A DNA stretch of 55,805 nucleotides, filler included, from Sphacelaria rigidula (GCA_964200075.2; 4 parts of 4 records of this genome joined end to end with filler, not necessarily neighbours in it); one strand, 5' to 3'. Counted from the first letter of the whole stretch, positions 12,229-25,445 are shown. The notes: a model not told the origin generated them from the sequence alone. Made by a program: numbers and translations.

Positions 12229-13877
12229 TGTTGGAAGTTATTCGCTGGCACGGCACTGTCTCACTGGACACTTAAGCAGAGGCTTGCACTGTAGCGGTAA
12301 AGCTACTTGCGAGGAGCCAGTGTAGTGAAATCAAGATAGTGTAATTCGGCGCTTCTGGCCTAAAATATCAAACAATCTCTTTTGCAAGAGAGAGCTGTGG
12401 AAGCAAAACTAGGTTGCTGGGGAGAGTGAGAAGCGAGGGGCGAGCGAGAGCGAGCCTCAATACTTTCCACTCTCTGGACAAAAACCAATGCCGTACGTAA
12501 ACCAAAAGATCTTGAAAACGTACCCTATATTACCATGAAAAAGGTACAGGGAAACGACACATACGTGGTTTACAGTTTCACCTGAACCGTAACAAATAGC
12601 ATTCGGTCGTGCCGCTTATGCAGTATAGTAAGCTGCAGCGGCGATTTCAATCACACACAAAGAACTTAGACTGTCCTGTCTAAATTTGCAACACTCCCCC
12701 ATGATTGTCATGTCGCTATCAAAGGAAAATAGTGTACCTTACAAGCTATGTGTAGCAAGCGAATACAATCAGTCGAACTATGTAGTACTGACAGTACACA
12801 AAGTCAATTGTCGAGATACGCACTCGTACTGTTGTACAACTCATGTCTATACTGTAAAAACGACTTAACCCTTTGACCAATTTGAGAAAATAAACTAGTC
12901 ACTGTTACAAATCTCCGCCCACATGCGTATGTATTTGCATGTTCATCAGATTTCCGTGAGAGCTACAAAAGAAGTGAGCAAACAAGAACAATTGTGCGGT
13001 AACATCAAACCGCGAAATGTTTTCATCATGTGACGATGTAGCAATCAACGATAACTTACAGATGCCAAATATGTTTCCCGACTCTCTCTTCCCCCTCAAA
13101 AAGCACCCTTCCCAGAAGGGAGAAAAAAAAAAGACAAAGTAGGTACGGACAGAAAGAACATCGCAAACCTAGAGGTCGTTGCACGCATTGTTCCTACAGC
13201 GTGTTTTCTGGACCTTGTATCATAAATGCAGGAGTCTGTACGCTGTGGTTTTAGCATGCTCCTCTGGACCTTGAGACTGCACTCGAATAAAACAAAGGCA
13301 ATCAAAACAAATTCATCCAACGCAGGTAATTTTGCCGCGCGTTCTATATAATAATGTACGAGTATTATAGGCATCTTGCACCTACTTGGGTTCTTTCACT
13401 CAATCACATTTCTTGAGAGAAAAAACGAACAAAATCAAGTTCCTCATACTCCGGTGACCGCATTTTGATCTCCTCTGTAGTAAATGGTTGGTCGATTAGG
13501 GCGAGACAAAGGGTATGACTCTAGCATAGGGTGAGTACTTGTTTCTCCTATACAAATACTTCGATGAAAATAAATAAAAATATCAAAGCTGTGATCGCAC
13601 GTACTCGCGTTTTTGGAGCTAGAGCATGACAAATTGTACGGGGCATGAGCAACAGTTCGGCCGATGGGTGTCACCCACTGCAGCCGCCAGCACAGTAGTT
13701 ACAGCCGACAAAGGACCACAAGGAGTGAGGAGAGCCATCTTCACTACGTGTGCGAGCATCTGAGCAAGTGGAATCTCCTCGTTTCATCCGGTGAGTGGCA
13801 AGGTCGATGTTCCCAGTGGCAGGTGTGCACTGTACAGGCAGCAGTCGGCACCCGCATGCCCTCGCCAAGAAACGAGT

Positions 13878-13977
13878 NNNNNNNNNNNNNNNNNNNNNNN
13901 NNNNNNNNNNNNNNNNNNNNNTTAATTAATTAANNNNNNNNNNNNNNNNNNNNNNNNNNNNNNNNNNNNNNNNNNNN
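13878..13977. other. Artificial assembly linker (44 N + TTAATTAATTAA + 44 N)
   Basis: The identical 100-bp structure recurs three times. TTAATTAATTAA gives stops in all six frames. Confidence 0.95.
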
Positions 13978-14573
13978 ATACACCGAAAAGTGTAGACTGG
14001 TGCCCAGAATAAATGGGACGACAACACAACACACACATGTTCGGTTTGTGTTTACTTTTGGGGAACAACATTGGTCATTTGGGGTGATACATGTCTTGCG
14101 TATCTGTGGGTGGGGTATGTTTGTCTTGTATCAGCCTCTGGAATATGTACGGTGATAGTCTGTATACCTCATGTGTAGGTTGTGGTGGTTTGTTGTACAG
14201 CGTCGTTGCCACTCGACGACAACATAGGAGTCTGGAGAGAGAGGGGAGGGCATGAGCGCTAATAAGCGGAGGAAAACAAACCGTCTCGTGAAGATGGAAC
14301 TTGAGAAACAGCCAGGAGGTGGGCCAGCTGACAGTGATTCTTCAATCTTTCCGGGCCCGGCTGTCGGCAATTCGAGAAGTTTGGCGCTGAACGTTCGACA
14401 CGCCATTTGTGCCATCAATACGCACAATAATACACGGAATGCCACGAAAAAAACGAAGGAAAATCAGAAAGTGTGAGTGATTTTAAGTTTGTGCAAAACC
14501 TGGAGAAATGCTAGCACTCCGTGAAAGTACAAAAAACGCATCGGTATATCCCGTGTTGTTGTGCGTACTCGAA

Positions 14574-14613
14574 AACACACACACACACACACACACATGC
14601 ATACACATGCACA
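14574..14613. repeat. (CA)n microsatellite between two ~34-bp direct repeats (~14538 and ~14613)
   Basis: An acacac... tract flanked by 'catcggtatatcccgtgttgttgtgcgtactcg' and 'catcggtgtatctcgtgttattgtgcgtacttg'. Confidence 0.8.
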
Positions 14614-16358
14614 CATCGGTGTATCTCGTGTTATTGTGCGTACTTGTGTGCAGGAGATCGTGGTGCAATTTCGGCCGGAATTACCGTAAGTTCGGCCCAG
14701 GCGGGTACGTTTTGTGTGTCACCGCTGCGCTCCTTCAATTCAAGTGATACGGGAGACTCCGGTTATGAGGGTCACGACTTCGAATCCCGACAAATTCGTT
14801 TCACCTTGTTCCGTCGGTAAGGTTAAACATTATGCCGCACTTTTTTTTCTTCTCATTCTTCATTCACTCAGCCGCGGTGCCGTGCGTCACCAGGTTAGTC
14901 TACAGTTCATAGCGCTATGCTCAAGTCGGGCTGATTTTGTTAACTTGATATGTTGTGCGCCATGCAAATGCGGGGTATACTGCTGGCCCAGCTCGTGTAG
15001 ATACAAAAAACCATCAGCTGTGCGCCGCAAATCACACAACGTGTTTACCAATGTGGATATATCCGTGTGACCCGTGTAACATATACACAAATCTCGGCTG
15101 GTGACCTGAAGAACCCGGTTGCTTTACACATATGGCCTGATGAACGATCTCTATGGCCCGTGTGATTCGTACAAGTCTACTTGATAGTGATCTGCATGGA
15201 TCGAGAATCTGTACCAGGGTTTTCACCAAGTGACTTGTGAACAGTGTTCATCAGTATATCACCTCCTTAGCCACACCTACGTAATCCGAATCAGATGTAT
15301 ACGAAACGCCAATATCAACATGTGATACCTAATAACTCGTAGAGTACCTCCCTCGAGATGGATGATTTCCGGAACACGAGGACCGTTCCAAAACTAGCAA
15401 GGGTCGGACAAATCATGATTCGTCTGAAAATTACTTGGAATTAGTATCATGAGTCGACTCGTGACGNNNNNNNNNNTCCCTTTTGGGCAATCAGGCAGAA
15501 TAAATCGTGAATTTGGTGATTTTGAGTCGTAATGATTTGCCCCAACGTGAAAACTAGTTGCACTGTGTTATTTGAATCGTGTACACAAATGCGTTCCCAA
15601 CTCTATCCGTACGATCCGGGTAACGCGGATAATGATCTGTCCTACTTATGAACATCTTTCAATATGTCCTTCGCCGGGAAGCGGTGGAAATATCGACAGG
15701 GAGTGGGCATGTATCGTGTCAACCGGAAACATGATATCTTGTTGCAACGGTGTATTCCAAACACGAACTACGCAAAAAGTGATGTTGGCATCACATGAAT
15801 TTTGTATAACGCCGGTCGTCGACATTTTGTAGGAGCAAGATGTGTCAGACATGCAACGGAAAAATTATATTGGAGGCGCTATGCCCCTAGCAATGTGTGG
15901 TGGAATAGCACCATCGAGTTCAGAAACGCGATCCGTAGCAATTTTCATAAATTATTTATATGTAACCTCGAAAACACTATATAGAGAACGCGTGGGTATG
16001 TGTTTTACCTGTCGGCCCACTCGTATATTGCACGCCTAACGTACGTTGCACTCATTTCCGCACGACCTATTACCCCGTCATATATGTTGTCTCTTCCGGG
16101 TGTGAAGTATGTTGCAAAACCGACGCATGGATTCGCTCATTCGGGAAGAAGCGCGGGCTGAGGGAGGAAGCGGCTACAGCAGAATAGCCAATGCACACAA
16201 CCACTCAGTGCTGTGAGTGATGCTCAAGTAGGGGTGCACTTTTGATCGCAAACGTTTTTTGAGGCTGCACGCTAAGGCCCGGATGCGTGCCGTTTAGAGG
16301 CTGCCGAAGTGAAGAGCTTCAGAAACCCATGAGCACCCCTACGAGGGAACAAATCCTG

Positions 16359-16591
16359 CAGGGGTAGGTCGAGTAGAGTATACTCAATACTCAGTATTTA
16401 CCAGAGTCATACTTTTTGTGTTTGAGTAGAGTATTTGAGGCAGTGCTCAATCTACTCAAACTTTGAGTAGAGTATCTGAGGTCATACTCGACCTTGTCAA
16501 TATTTGAGTAGAGTGTTGGACGTCGTACTCGATCTACTTAAAATTTGAGTAGAGTATTTGAGGCCGTACTCAACCTGCACTTGAAACCCTG
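16359..16591. repeat. MITE-like element (CAGGG...CCCTG ends) with four 41-bp tandem units
   Basis: Units start at 16421, 16462, 16503 and 16544 ('tttgagtagagta...'). The left end 'ggtcgagtagagta' is shared with the repeats at 38768-39215. Confidence 0.7.
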
Positions 16592-18801
16592 TAGTGACAG
16601 TGCACAGTCCCCCATCACACAAGCCGCAGTCGGTAGTGCCGAGAAGTGTGCTGTTTGGCGCGATAGCGGCGCGGGGCAGGGTCCTATGTCTGATGTCCAC
16701 ATCAAGTTTCCAAGTTTTTCCTTGCATGCACCACGGTTGGTCAAAGACTGATTTCTCTGCCTAGTGCTGCTGCAAGGCATGATGGCACCACATGTGCACA
16801 ATGCTAGCTGGTGGTGGGATAAACATCGAATGGGACGTCGCGATAACACTCCATACAGGGTCCGCTGAAGGTGATTAGTACTGCTGAACGATGAACGCGG
16901 CGTACAGAGTACGCAGTGCAGACAGCATTACAGTACCAAGTTCGAGAAAAAGTGGGATATTTGATAGTAAATCGCCATGACAAACCACCGCCGTTCTTCC
17001 GATCATCCCTCAACGAAAACAACGAATATCGAATATATGGAGACGACAAGTCATGAGACGTTCGACTGGACGACAATAAAACCAAAGCCATATCGTGCTG
17101 ACGGAGAATTGACACACGTTCCGCCGTCCTCGTACATCGTCAAATATTATCGTCACATCCGACGATGGTGAAAAATATATCATGTCCGTTCAACCTTGAG
17201 CAATTTGTGGCGGTGAAACCTACCTGCGCTTGACTTGGACAGCGGCAGGGTACCCGGGCACGGGAATTCTAGGTACCCCGGCCCCCGCCTCCCTACCCGG
17301 AGGAGAAAGTTCCGGCTTCGGGCACCCACTGTTTGTATTTGTCTAAACCTGCACTAACCAGTATCAGAGCGGTGTACGCCCTCCCTCGTCTCATTCAATG
17401 TTTCCGTTCGCCTCGTGCTCCCCCCGCGTGACACCAGCAACATCGCGCCCATGGTGCCCGTGTAGTGGAGTGGAGTTTTAAATGCCACCCCATGAGGGGA
17501 AAATTTGAACTTTTGGACAACCGGGGTTTGCTGGGGAACAGCACGTGGACCATCGAGTGTGCGGTGATGTGGGGTGTGCAGATCGGGAACGGAGCGTACT
17601 CTGCGCACCAATATGGGATGGCTTCTTGACCTACAGCACAGCGTCCGAACTGTGACCGGTTGACAGTCTAGGGTTGTCACGGGGTGGTGTGCAGACTCCT
17701 TAATCGTCAGAGAATGATTCCCGCATCAACCATGCATTTCCACGATTTTCGAGATCCGGCGGCAGGTCTGAAGAGGGGGATGGACTAGCCGTTTCGATTT
17801 ATCTAATCGGTGAGATACCGCTCTCCAAGTTGTGACAAGCAGTCCTTCTATCGCTGCCGACGAGGCTACCTGATGAGTCGCCCTGTTCACCGACGGCGCA
17901 GCTCCCGACGATGAACCACAACGCCCGGGCATTTCTATCTTCATGACCTAGAGCCTTTGAGACGGGAGGGGTTGGTGGTATCCACTCACTTGCTGGAGGA
18001 TAACTTGAGACGCGAAGGAAAGAGGCATGGCATTCGCCGGGTATCTCCCCGCCGAAAACCACAAACGCTCAACTTTCGGGGTCTTGGTGTACAGGAACAA
18101 ACTCACAGGTACCCTCCGTGCAGGACAGGAACATATTAATTCATTCCCTATTGTTGAGTAATCTACTACAGCCGTGGACTGTTTACTTCCGTGCCTGCAT
18201 CTTCCATATTCAGTACCCTGTCTATACGGCGGCACTGCGAATACTGTACATCACGAGATGCTGCTGCTCGATGACAATGGGAGCTCGGAAACAGATACGC
18301 ACACAACACGACAAACTGCCGCATGTTGTACAGCTATATTTACATACCGTCTGGGGTAATACAGAGGCATGAGTACATTTCATACTTCTCTGTGCATGCG
18401 CTTTGATATAGATGAAGACTAGGACACGAAAAAAGCCACACTGGCGTGAGCGTGCTTATGTTTACTTGACGTGCACGTGATTCTAACAACATATACATAC
18501 TGTATTGCATGCTCGTATCGGCCCATATATTGTTGAAAAAAAATATGCCGACCCGGACCTTGTACCACAACATTATTCGATGAAAGAAATGTGTCACCCC
18601 GCGGATTGTCGACATGGGTTAGGGACAGCATATACCATGTAAGGGGCTCCGCAGTACGGGAGGTCTGCCCCCTCTGCCTAGCGTGAGGTAGGCGAGGCAG
18701 AGGGCACTTGGGAGTGTCTCGAAGAGAACGTGAGGTCGGCATCCAAGGCCTCGAAAGTGAGTCGGGCAGGAAGGGGAAGGCGATGAAGAACGAGGAGTAT
18801 A

Positions 18802-19727
18802 CCACAGGCACCGTAGGTAAGGTAGGTACCCGGTACCGGTATTTGGGACATCTCATACCCTACCGATATCGGTCCAATCCGGTATTTTGAAATGTCATAC
18901 CTACGATACTTACGATACCACGGTATTTCGAGATTTCAGTACCTACCGTACCCGCCCTATTCGCTATTTTGGAATGCCATATCTACGATACCTACGATAC
19001 CAGGGTATTTCCAGATTTCAGTACCTACGGTACCCGCTCAATCCAGTATTTTCAAAACTAATACCTACGATACCTAAGATACCAGGGTATTCCGAGATTT
19101 CGGTACCCACCTTACCCGCGCAATCCGGTATTTTCAAAATTCATACCTACGATACCTACGCAGACCAGGGCATGGGATACCCCGGTAAATACCGGGGGAA
19201 CGCCCGGTAGGGTACCTCACCTACGGTGCCTACAAACCTTCGACTACCCAACTTGCACCCAGATCTGAAACGCTTCGCACTACCAGATGACAGTTTTGAA
19301 TTCGGTATAGAGGGTAAGGCAGGTACCTGGTACCGGTATTCAGGACATCTCTTACCCTACCGATACCGACCCAATCCGGTTTTTTCCAAACTCATACCTA
19401 CGATACCTACGATACCACGGTATTTCGAAATTTCAATACCTACCGTACCCGCCCGATCCGGTATTTTAGAATGCCATACCTACGATACCTACGATACCAC
19501 GGTATTTCGAAATTTCAATACTTACCGTGCCCGCCCTATCCGGTACTTTAAAATGTCATACCTACGATACCAGGGTATTTCGAGATTTCGGTACCTACCG
19601 TACCCGCCCTATCCGGTATTTTCAAAATTCATACCTACGATACCTGCGCATACCATGGTATGAGATAGATACCCCGGTAAATACCGGGGGTACGCTCGGT
19701 ACGGTACCTCACCTACGGTGCCTGTGG
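18802..19727. mobile_element. Non-autonomous TIR element with 23-bp TIRs, 6-bp TSD (AGTATA) and internal ~82-bp tandem arrays
   Basis: TIR 'ccacaggcaccgtaggtaaggta' (18802-18824) matches 19705-19727 at 22/23. AGTATA at 18796-18801 and 19728-19733. 82-bp units start at 18897, 18979, 19061 and 19143. A second copy of the array and an internal copy of the right end lie at ~19212-19231. Confidence 0.85.
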
Positions 19728-22700
19728 AGTATATATACCTGTGTGGCGGGTGGCTGCCCGTGTCTTTTTGAGAGTTGGTGTGTACGTCGGTATGTGTCCT
19801 CTCATGGATTTTTTCTTGTACCCACGCAAATGTGCTTCACTAAATAATACCGCCAGGACTACCCCACACATATATCCTCCTACTCGGGGTATAAGAATAC
19901 TGTTCTAGTCTTGTTTCCAAGTGAAGGCGTTACACTCTAAATGGTCAACGTTCACTACATTAAGCACGGCATTTTGAACATGTCGGCATATCTAGCGGAA
20001 ATAAACATGGCCCTACTTCATTTTCACGTGAGGATGTTGTACGCCTGAAGAATCGTGACCATTCAAACCTGCCTGCGGAAGATGCCATCCACTTCATTTC
20101 ACTTCGTTCGGTTCGTTTTTAATTCAAATGAGTTCTGCATACTGAGGTTCAAATTCGTTCCCTGTCTGTAACATATTGCACCTTACGGGCGACACTATGC
20201 TTCACTGTGTTCCCAAGTGAGGAAGTTTTACTCGACAGATTTCAATTTCGATCCAGTTTATCTCCAAGGAAGGATTTTACGCATTCCCGGAAAACCGCCA
20301 AAGATTGTTACGTATTTTGAAGGTGAGCGACGCGTGTGTGGATCTCGTACACCCCCTTCGCGCTTCGGTGGTAGAATTACATTTTTCGTTGTTGTGGTGA
20401 GAAGTCATAACAACATCACTCGTTTCAAGACACGCTATACAGAGTCAGTGCTGCTTCGTTCACGAAAATTCACGAGTTCCCGTTGTCATGTCCACATGTT
20501 CTGCACGTTCGACAGGATCAATCAAAAGTGTTGATATACCGACCTCAGCATGATGCTCTAGAACATGTTCTACAACGGTTCGGTCGATCGTGGGAACTCC
20601 CCGGTACCAACCAACAATCTGGCTGCTTCTCTTGCTGGCAGATCCAAGCCCCGTGGGCCTCGTACTTGGAGAAAATTTCGGCACACGCTTCTACAACGTG
20701 TTGCACATACGGCAAGTTCCATCTGGGGTTTTCTTCTGTCGATAATCTCCTTATGTATAACAACGCCAGCAGAGCACTATACGGTCAAGAGTTGGCTGCG
20801 GGCGGTGTACTCACGCCAAGGCGAGTCTGGTTTGACGTGCCGGCATTTGCAAGGTGACACAGCTTCCGCCGCCCTGTTTCACTTTTTGGCATATGTTTCA
20901 AAATATTTCGCAATGGGGTCATCGTGACCTGTGGATTACGTGCATATTTTCACGGCTCGTAAGAATCAGCGTTTACACGAAACGACTCCCCATGATATTA
21001 TGTTGAACGAGAATTGTGCACTAAAACCTCATCTGGTGTGAGTGATGGGGGGAAAGATGTGCCTTGAGGGTTGGTAGGCCGCTTTTTGTGGCAAGAAAAC
21101 ATACAAATATCAATAACCGCCTTCTGAAAGATTTTGCGTCGTTTTACGCTCTAAATGGGAGCTAGGCGAGTTTCGATACCTTGGAATGCCTTGCTGTACT
21201 CGCTGGGGCGGTTCCAGCACACCTGCTGGTGTCCACGGTGATCGTGGTTTTTTCCCTGGCCGAAACTGCATTTTTTTCGGAGAACGATCGAGTTCATGCA
21301 ACAATCATGTGATTCCACGGAGCGGCAAAACAGGACACGAGAAAAGTGTTTGGATGACCTGGGCTCGTCCGGGGTAAGATTAACCTGAGTTGATTCAGAA
21401 AACACTTCAAAACTTTCTGTGCCTTTTTATTATCTGAGTTTGGACACAATTGATGTGAAAATGTCCGCAAAACAGGCTATCCCTCCGTGGACGCAACTAG
21501 CGGCCAACCCTCACAATATTTACCAACACCAACCAGCAGCTGGGAGATCAGGTCAACCGAGCGGACACGGAGCGATGAGAGAGGCTGCCACTACTAATTA
21601 CTCTTTCCAGATACGGCTGGCAGGAGCGAGGTCTGGGACATAATCCGCCAGCAACTATTGCATACAAACTGGTGCACACCGGGCTTCGGATCGTACTTCT
21701 CTTTGCCTAAATACTGTAGTGCTCTGCAGTGTAGTGTTTGCTCGTTTTTCACCATTATCCCCCGAGAGACGTCGTTGCTACCCCAACTTCATGCTGAGAG
21801 AGACGTCTGTAGGGCTGAGTTGAGATGCAGACTGGCATATGACTATACAGTATGGTGTCGTGCGGTGCGATGCTGCGTGCGTGGCTGAGAAGCAACTGTC
21901 AACAGATGCCAACCGAGCTCCAAACCTAGAGGACTTTTTCTTTCAATAAGTCATCCAAGTCGTACTGATGGACAAATAGAGCAAGCCAATCAAATCGCAA
22001 GGATCGGATGACAAACACATTCGTACGCACACGCACAAAGGCACCAAAACATCTCCGGTTCGTAACACAATCAATGCAGCAAAAAAAGCACACAAATATA
22101 TGCCGCGCCCACCCGAAACAACATTGCTCCGCATTAGACCTCGCTTCCAAAGTCTCTGCTCCAGCCCCCTCTATTTGTGGATTGTTCTGGACACTCCATC
22201 GAGGCGCCGACTTTTCCAGCCTGGTTCTCCTCGGAGAGGTTTGCGATTCGACAGCTGATTTTTGAGTTGTGCACTTCAAACCGAGAGGTAGAACACTGGG
22301 GTGGCCATTTCAGGGAGCGTCCAGCGGTCAGCACAAAGAGCCGGAAAACCACCTCTGTATGAAAGTGAGTTGAGGATACACTTCGAAAAGGTTAGAAAAA
22401 TGCCAGTGGTACCGCCTCCGGGTCAACGGCGTGAAAGAGTCAGGGGTGTTCCTTTTCCATAATATGGAGGCGGTGCTGTTGAATGTTGGGTGTCAAGAAA
22501 ACCTGCACCTCGCGTGTGATGACGCGGGAACTTGGAGGATGTGTTAATTGGTACAATGGCAAGGTGTCACAGTCGCAGCCGTAGACGCACGAGGCGCTGA
22601 GGGTCCGGTCTGCAGTGAAACGGTGGCACCAGCGATGTGTGTGTGTGTATTGGTTTCCAGCACTTCCTGACCGATGACGATTGTAGTGGGTACGATATCG

Positions 22701-23852
22701 ACCGGGCTTGCAGGCCGCCACAGATTCTGCCGGCGTCAACGTCAATCCTCGCCCAGTTTGGAAACGAACTCTCGCAGGAACCCAGCAAAGAAGCGGCATT
22801 TAGGCTGCATCATATGTATGAGAGTCGGGGCCTGACCGTTCCCGGTCCAAGTCGTTCGACAGGTCAAGGTAAAGATTATCTCGCGAAACCACTTCTTTTC
22901 ACCACTGACCCTTGCCGGCGTACCCCACAAGGGGGCAACCTCCTCGTACAGGCAGTAGCAATGCTAGGGTACCCAAAGTGCTGACCGTCTGGCAGCCGGC
23001 ACTGTGGTTATAGTAGTGTTCTTCTGGCGATATCAACTTGCAGTGTACTAGGCCAGAGTTTGCAAGTGAAAACTTTGGCGACTGCCCCACTTGCACTCCG
23101 CCCATATATTGACGATTTGTTCACGATCTCACCGAGTAGCAATATAAGTGAAAATGTACCACACCCTGGGAAAAGATTTCTACGGTCAGTACATACACCA
23201 TATTGAAAAACGTTAATGCGCTCAAAATGTAATATATTGCCCACTGTAATTTGTGTAGTACTCGTACCTGTACTCGGTAACTGCACGCTACATTTGGACA
23301 CCGGTGGGTAAAAACCTCCACGATGTGAAATGTCACAGGCGGATTTCGCGCCATTGCGGCCATGTTAACATACAGCTTCGCCCAAGATAAGGACAGCCAT
23401 TAGGGTGGCGGAGGCGGTTTTTCACTCCTGCGTGCGCCAGCTAGGGCAAACGCACGCTTAGCTGCAACACAATCAGCTGTACAAACTGTGGCGTAGCAGT
23501 ATTGCGCACTGCGAGGGGTGATATCCCACGTACACGTTGGCCACAGCTCAAGCGTTTGCGGTAGTGTTGTGGCGAACTGCACACGACAGCGGGGAATCAA
23601 TGCAGCATAGGGAAAGGCCAAGGGTGTGACGTTCTGCGTTTTGCCATGTCACCCTACACCCTGCCGCTGTGCGGTAAGCAGGTGGTACCACCCAAGGCAT
23701 CACTGCTGCGGTTGGTACGCAGCAGCGAACACAGACAGCAAACAGTATATTCTATATGTGTGTTTTTTAGGACCGATGCGCACAGGGTGGGGCCGGCATC
23801 TGGAGAACCCTGCACTAACTTCGCCCTGTTCTAGCGTAAACAGACACTGTTT

Positions 23853-24090
23853 CAGCAGCAATCACTTGCTACATGTGCTGTGACAGATCTCGTGCGTGAT
23901 GCGGCTTTCTTCACCGCGGAGCATCGCCCGTGAAGCCACCTGTTGAAGCTGATAGCGCCCACCCCTCTTTCAACGATGACCTCACTGGGCACAAGAGAAT
24001 TGAAACTGCGGAACATGGCTCGATCCACTGGAACGTACACGTCTCCGACGCAAATGCCTCCATGTTATGGGAAAGGAATAGCACTGGAGT
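23853..24090. repeat. Interspersed repeat, direct copy at ~41418-41644
   Basis: Shared ~230-bp sequence 'gtgctgtgac.gatctcgtgcgtgatgcggc...gcccgtgaagcca...gcacaaga...gaaactgcggaa...aaaggaata'. Confidence 0.8.
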
Positions 24091-24251
24091 GTGTAGCGTC
24101 TGAACAGGGAGGGCGCCGCCTGAACGCACGACTTATTCTCCAACCGCTTTCAGGTGCAGCATCTCAAGAATTGAAAGGAAAAATAGAAAACTTGTCTATG
24201 GCCGGAATGGTGTCATCGAACACCCCAGACATTTCTGGGGGCCCCATTACT

Positions 24252-25445
24252 ACGAGCTGGGCCAGCCTAGAAACGGGTCTAAGCTCTCAAAACGAAATCT
24301 CATCGACACAGACGAGTTGGGCCGTGATCCGCATATCGTATTATTGTCCAACCAAGGGGAAGGTGCCCATCAGCACAAACATATAGGCCGATATTTTCTC
24401 GTTGATGAAACCCCCTGTCTGGTAAGTCCTATACCGTAAGGAGATGGCGTAATACTAAAATCTGTATGAAATCCGGAACGATAAAGTCAGCGGATGACGA
24501 CGATTTTTTGGTGTGGACATTCCCTGGAGCACGGGGAGACTATAGATACCCTCACCATCACCCAATTCGTTATATATCTCGAGATATGCGCATAAGGCTC
24601 CATACTAAAAACAACATATTACGAGCAGGGGCACTAAATGCCCTGAAACTGGATATGGCGTCCAAGTTTTTGAGAGTTGTGCTTTGGAATTTCGTATGGA
24701 AAACCGCAAGTGCATAATAAAATACAAAAACAGCATTTTGCAGTATTTTTGCTTCCGTCACTTTTTTTCGTTTCTTCACGGGGGGTTTTGAGGAGAAATG
24801 AACAATCCTCTTGGGCCTCATCTCATTTCTGTAGCTCAATTTTCAGAATTGTGATTTGAAACCTATCATGGAGAACTATAGGGGTATGCTAAACAAGAAT
24901 TACTGTACTGGTGTTTTGGTGGAGGTTCGGGCGTTCTCGTAAAAGAACGGCCATTACCATACTAAAACGCCATACACCAGTGAAAAAATATATAAATACC
25001 GACCTAACCCACGTTCTTTGATTCTTTATGCCCTAGCGAGATCCCACACGATGTTTCAATACAGAAACACCAAACGTGTGCCAATGAGTGGCCTGCAAAA
25101 AACTATGCCGAACTTCTACAGATCCTGTTAGTCAACGGCCCATTCGCCGGCCGATATTCGGAGTTGGACCCTAAAATTTGGTATGGACCATGAAAAGGGC
25201 ATAATAATAAAATTACACGTGGACACAAAGACTTCGTCTTTTCATTAGTTTAAGCAGCGATCAGATTTCAGGTATCAATAAAATGCCATTCGACCATGAG
25301 GGAAAAATAGCTCTGTGTGCACGGGTAATATTTATTATCATGCCCTACTCGTTGTCCATACCAAAATTTTGGGGTCCAGCTCTAAATATTGGCTAGCGAA
25401 CGGGCCTGCAAACTGCAAATTCGGCCCTAGGCTGGCCCAGCTCGT
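24252..25445. mobile_element. Full-length ~1.2-kb non-autonomous TIR element (MITE), possibly Tc1/mariner-derived
   Basis: Perfect 19-bp inverted repeat 'acgagctgggccagcctag' (24252-24270) / 25427-25445. TA is adjacent to the CGAG terminus here and in the copy ending ~28019. Internal inverted arms at ~25137-25226 / 25315-25406. No coding capacity. Confidence 0.82.

Noticed and set aside
12865-12880. piggyBac-like TTAA-CCCTT terminus
   Set aside because: No matching opposite end or transposase is visible, and the motif is too short to support a call.
13878-13977. Conserved TTAATTAATTAA palindrome occurring three times
   Set aside because: It is always centred in 88 Ns and is a scaffolding linker. 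Adjacency across it is not biological evidence.
17359-17372. tRNA-iMet PBS-like 'gtatcagagc'
   Set aside because: Lacks the TGG start, and no LTR or gag is recognisable next to it.
18897-19700. CRISPR-like regular repeats
   Set aside because: The units are contiguous 82-bp tandem repeats with no unique spacers and no cas genes, and they are bounded by TIRs and a TSD.
20483-23301. Medium ORFs at 20483-20857 and 22637-22984 as host exons
   Set aside because: No recognisable domain and no convincing splice chain. They cannot be supported without homology or RNA data.
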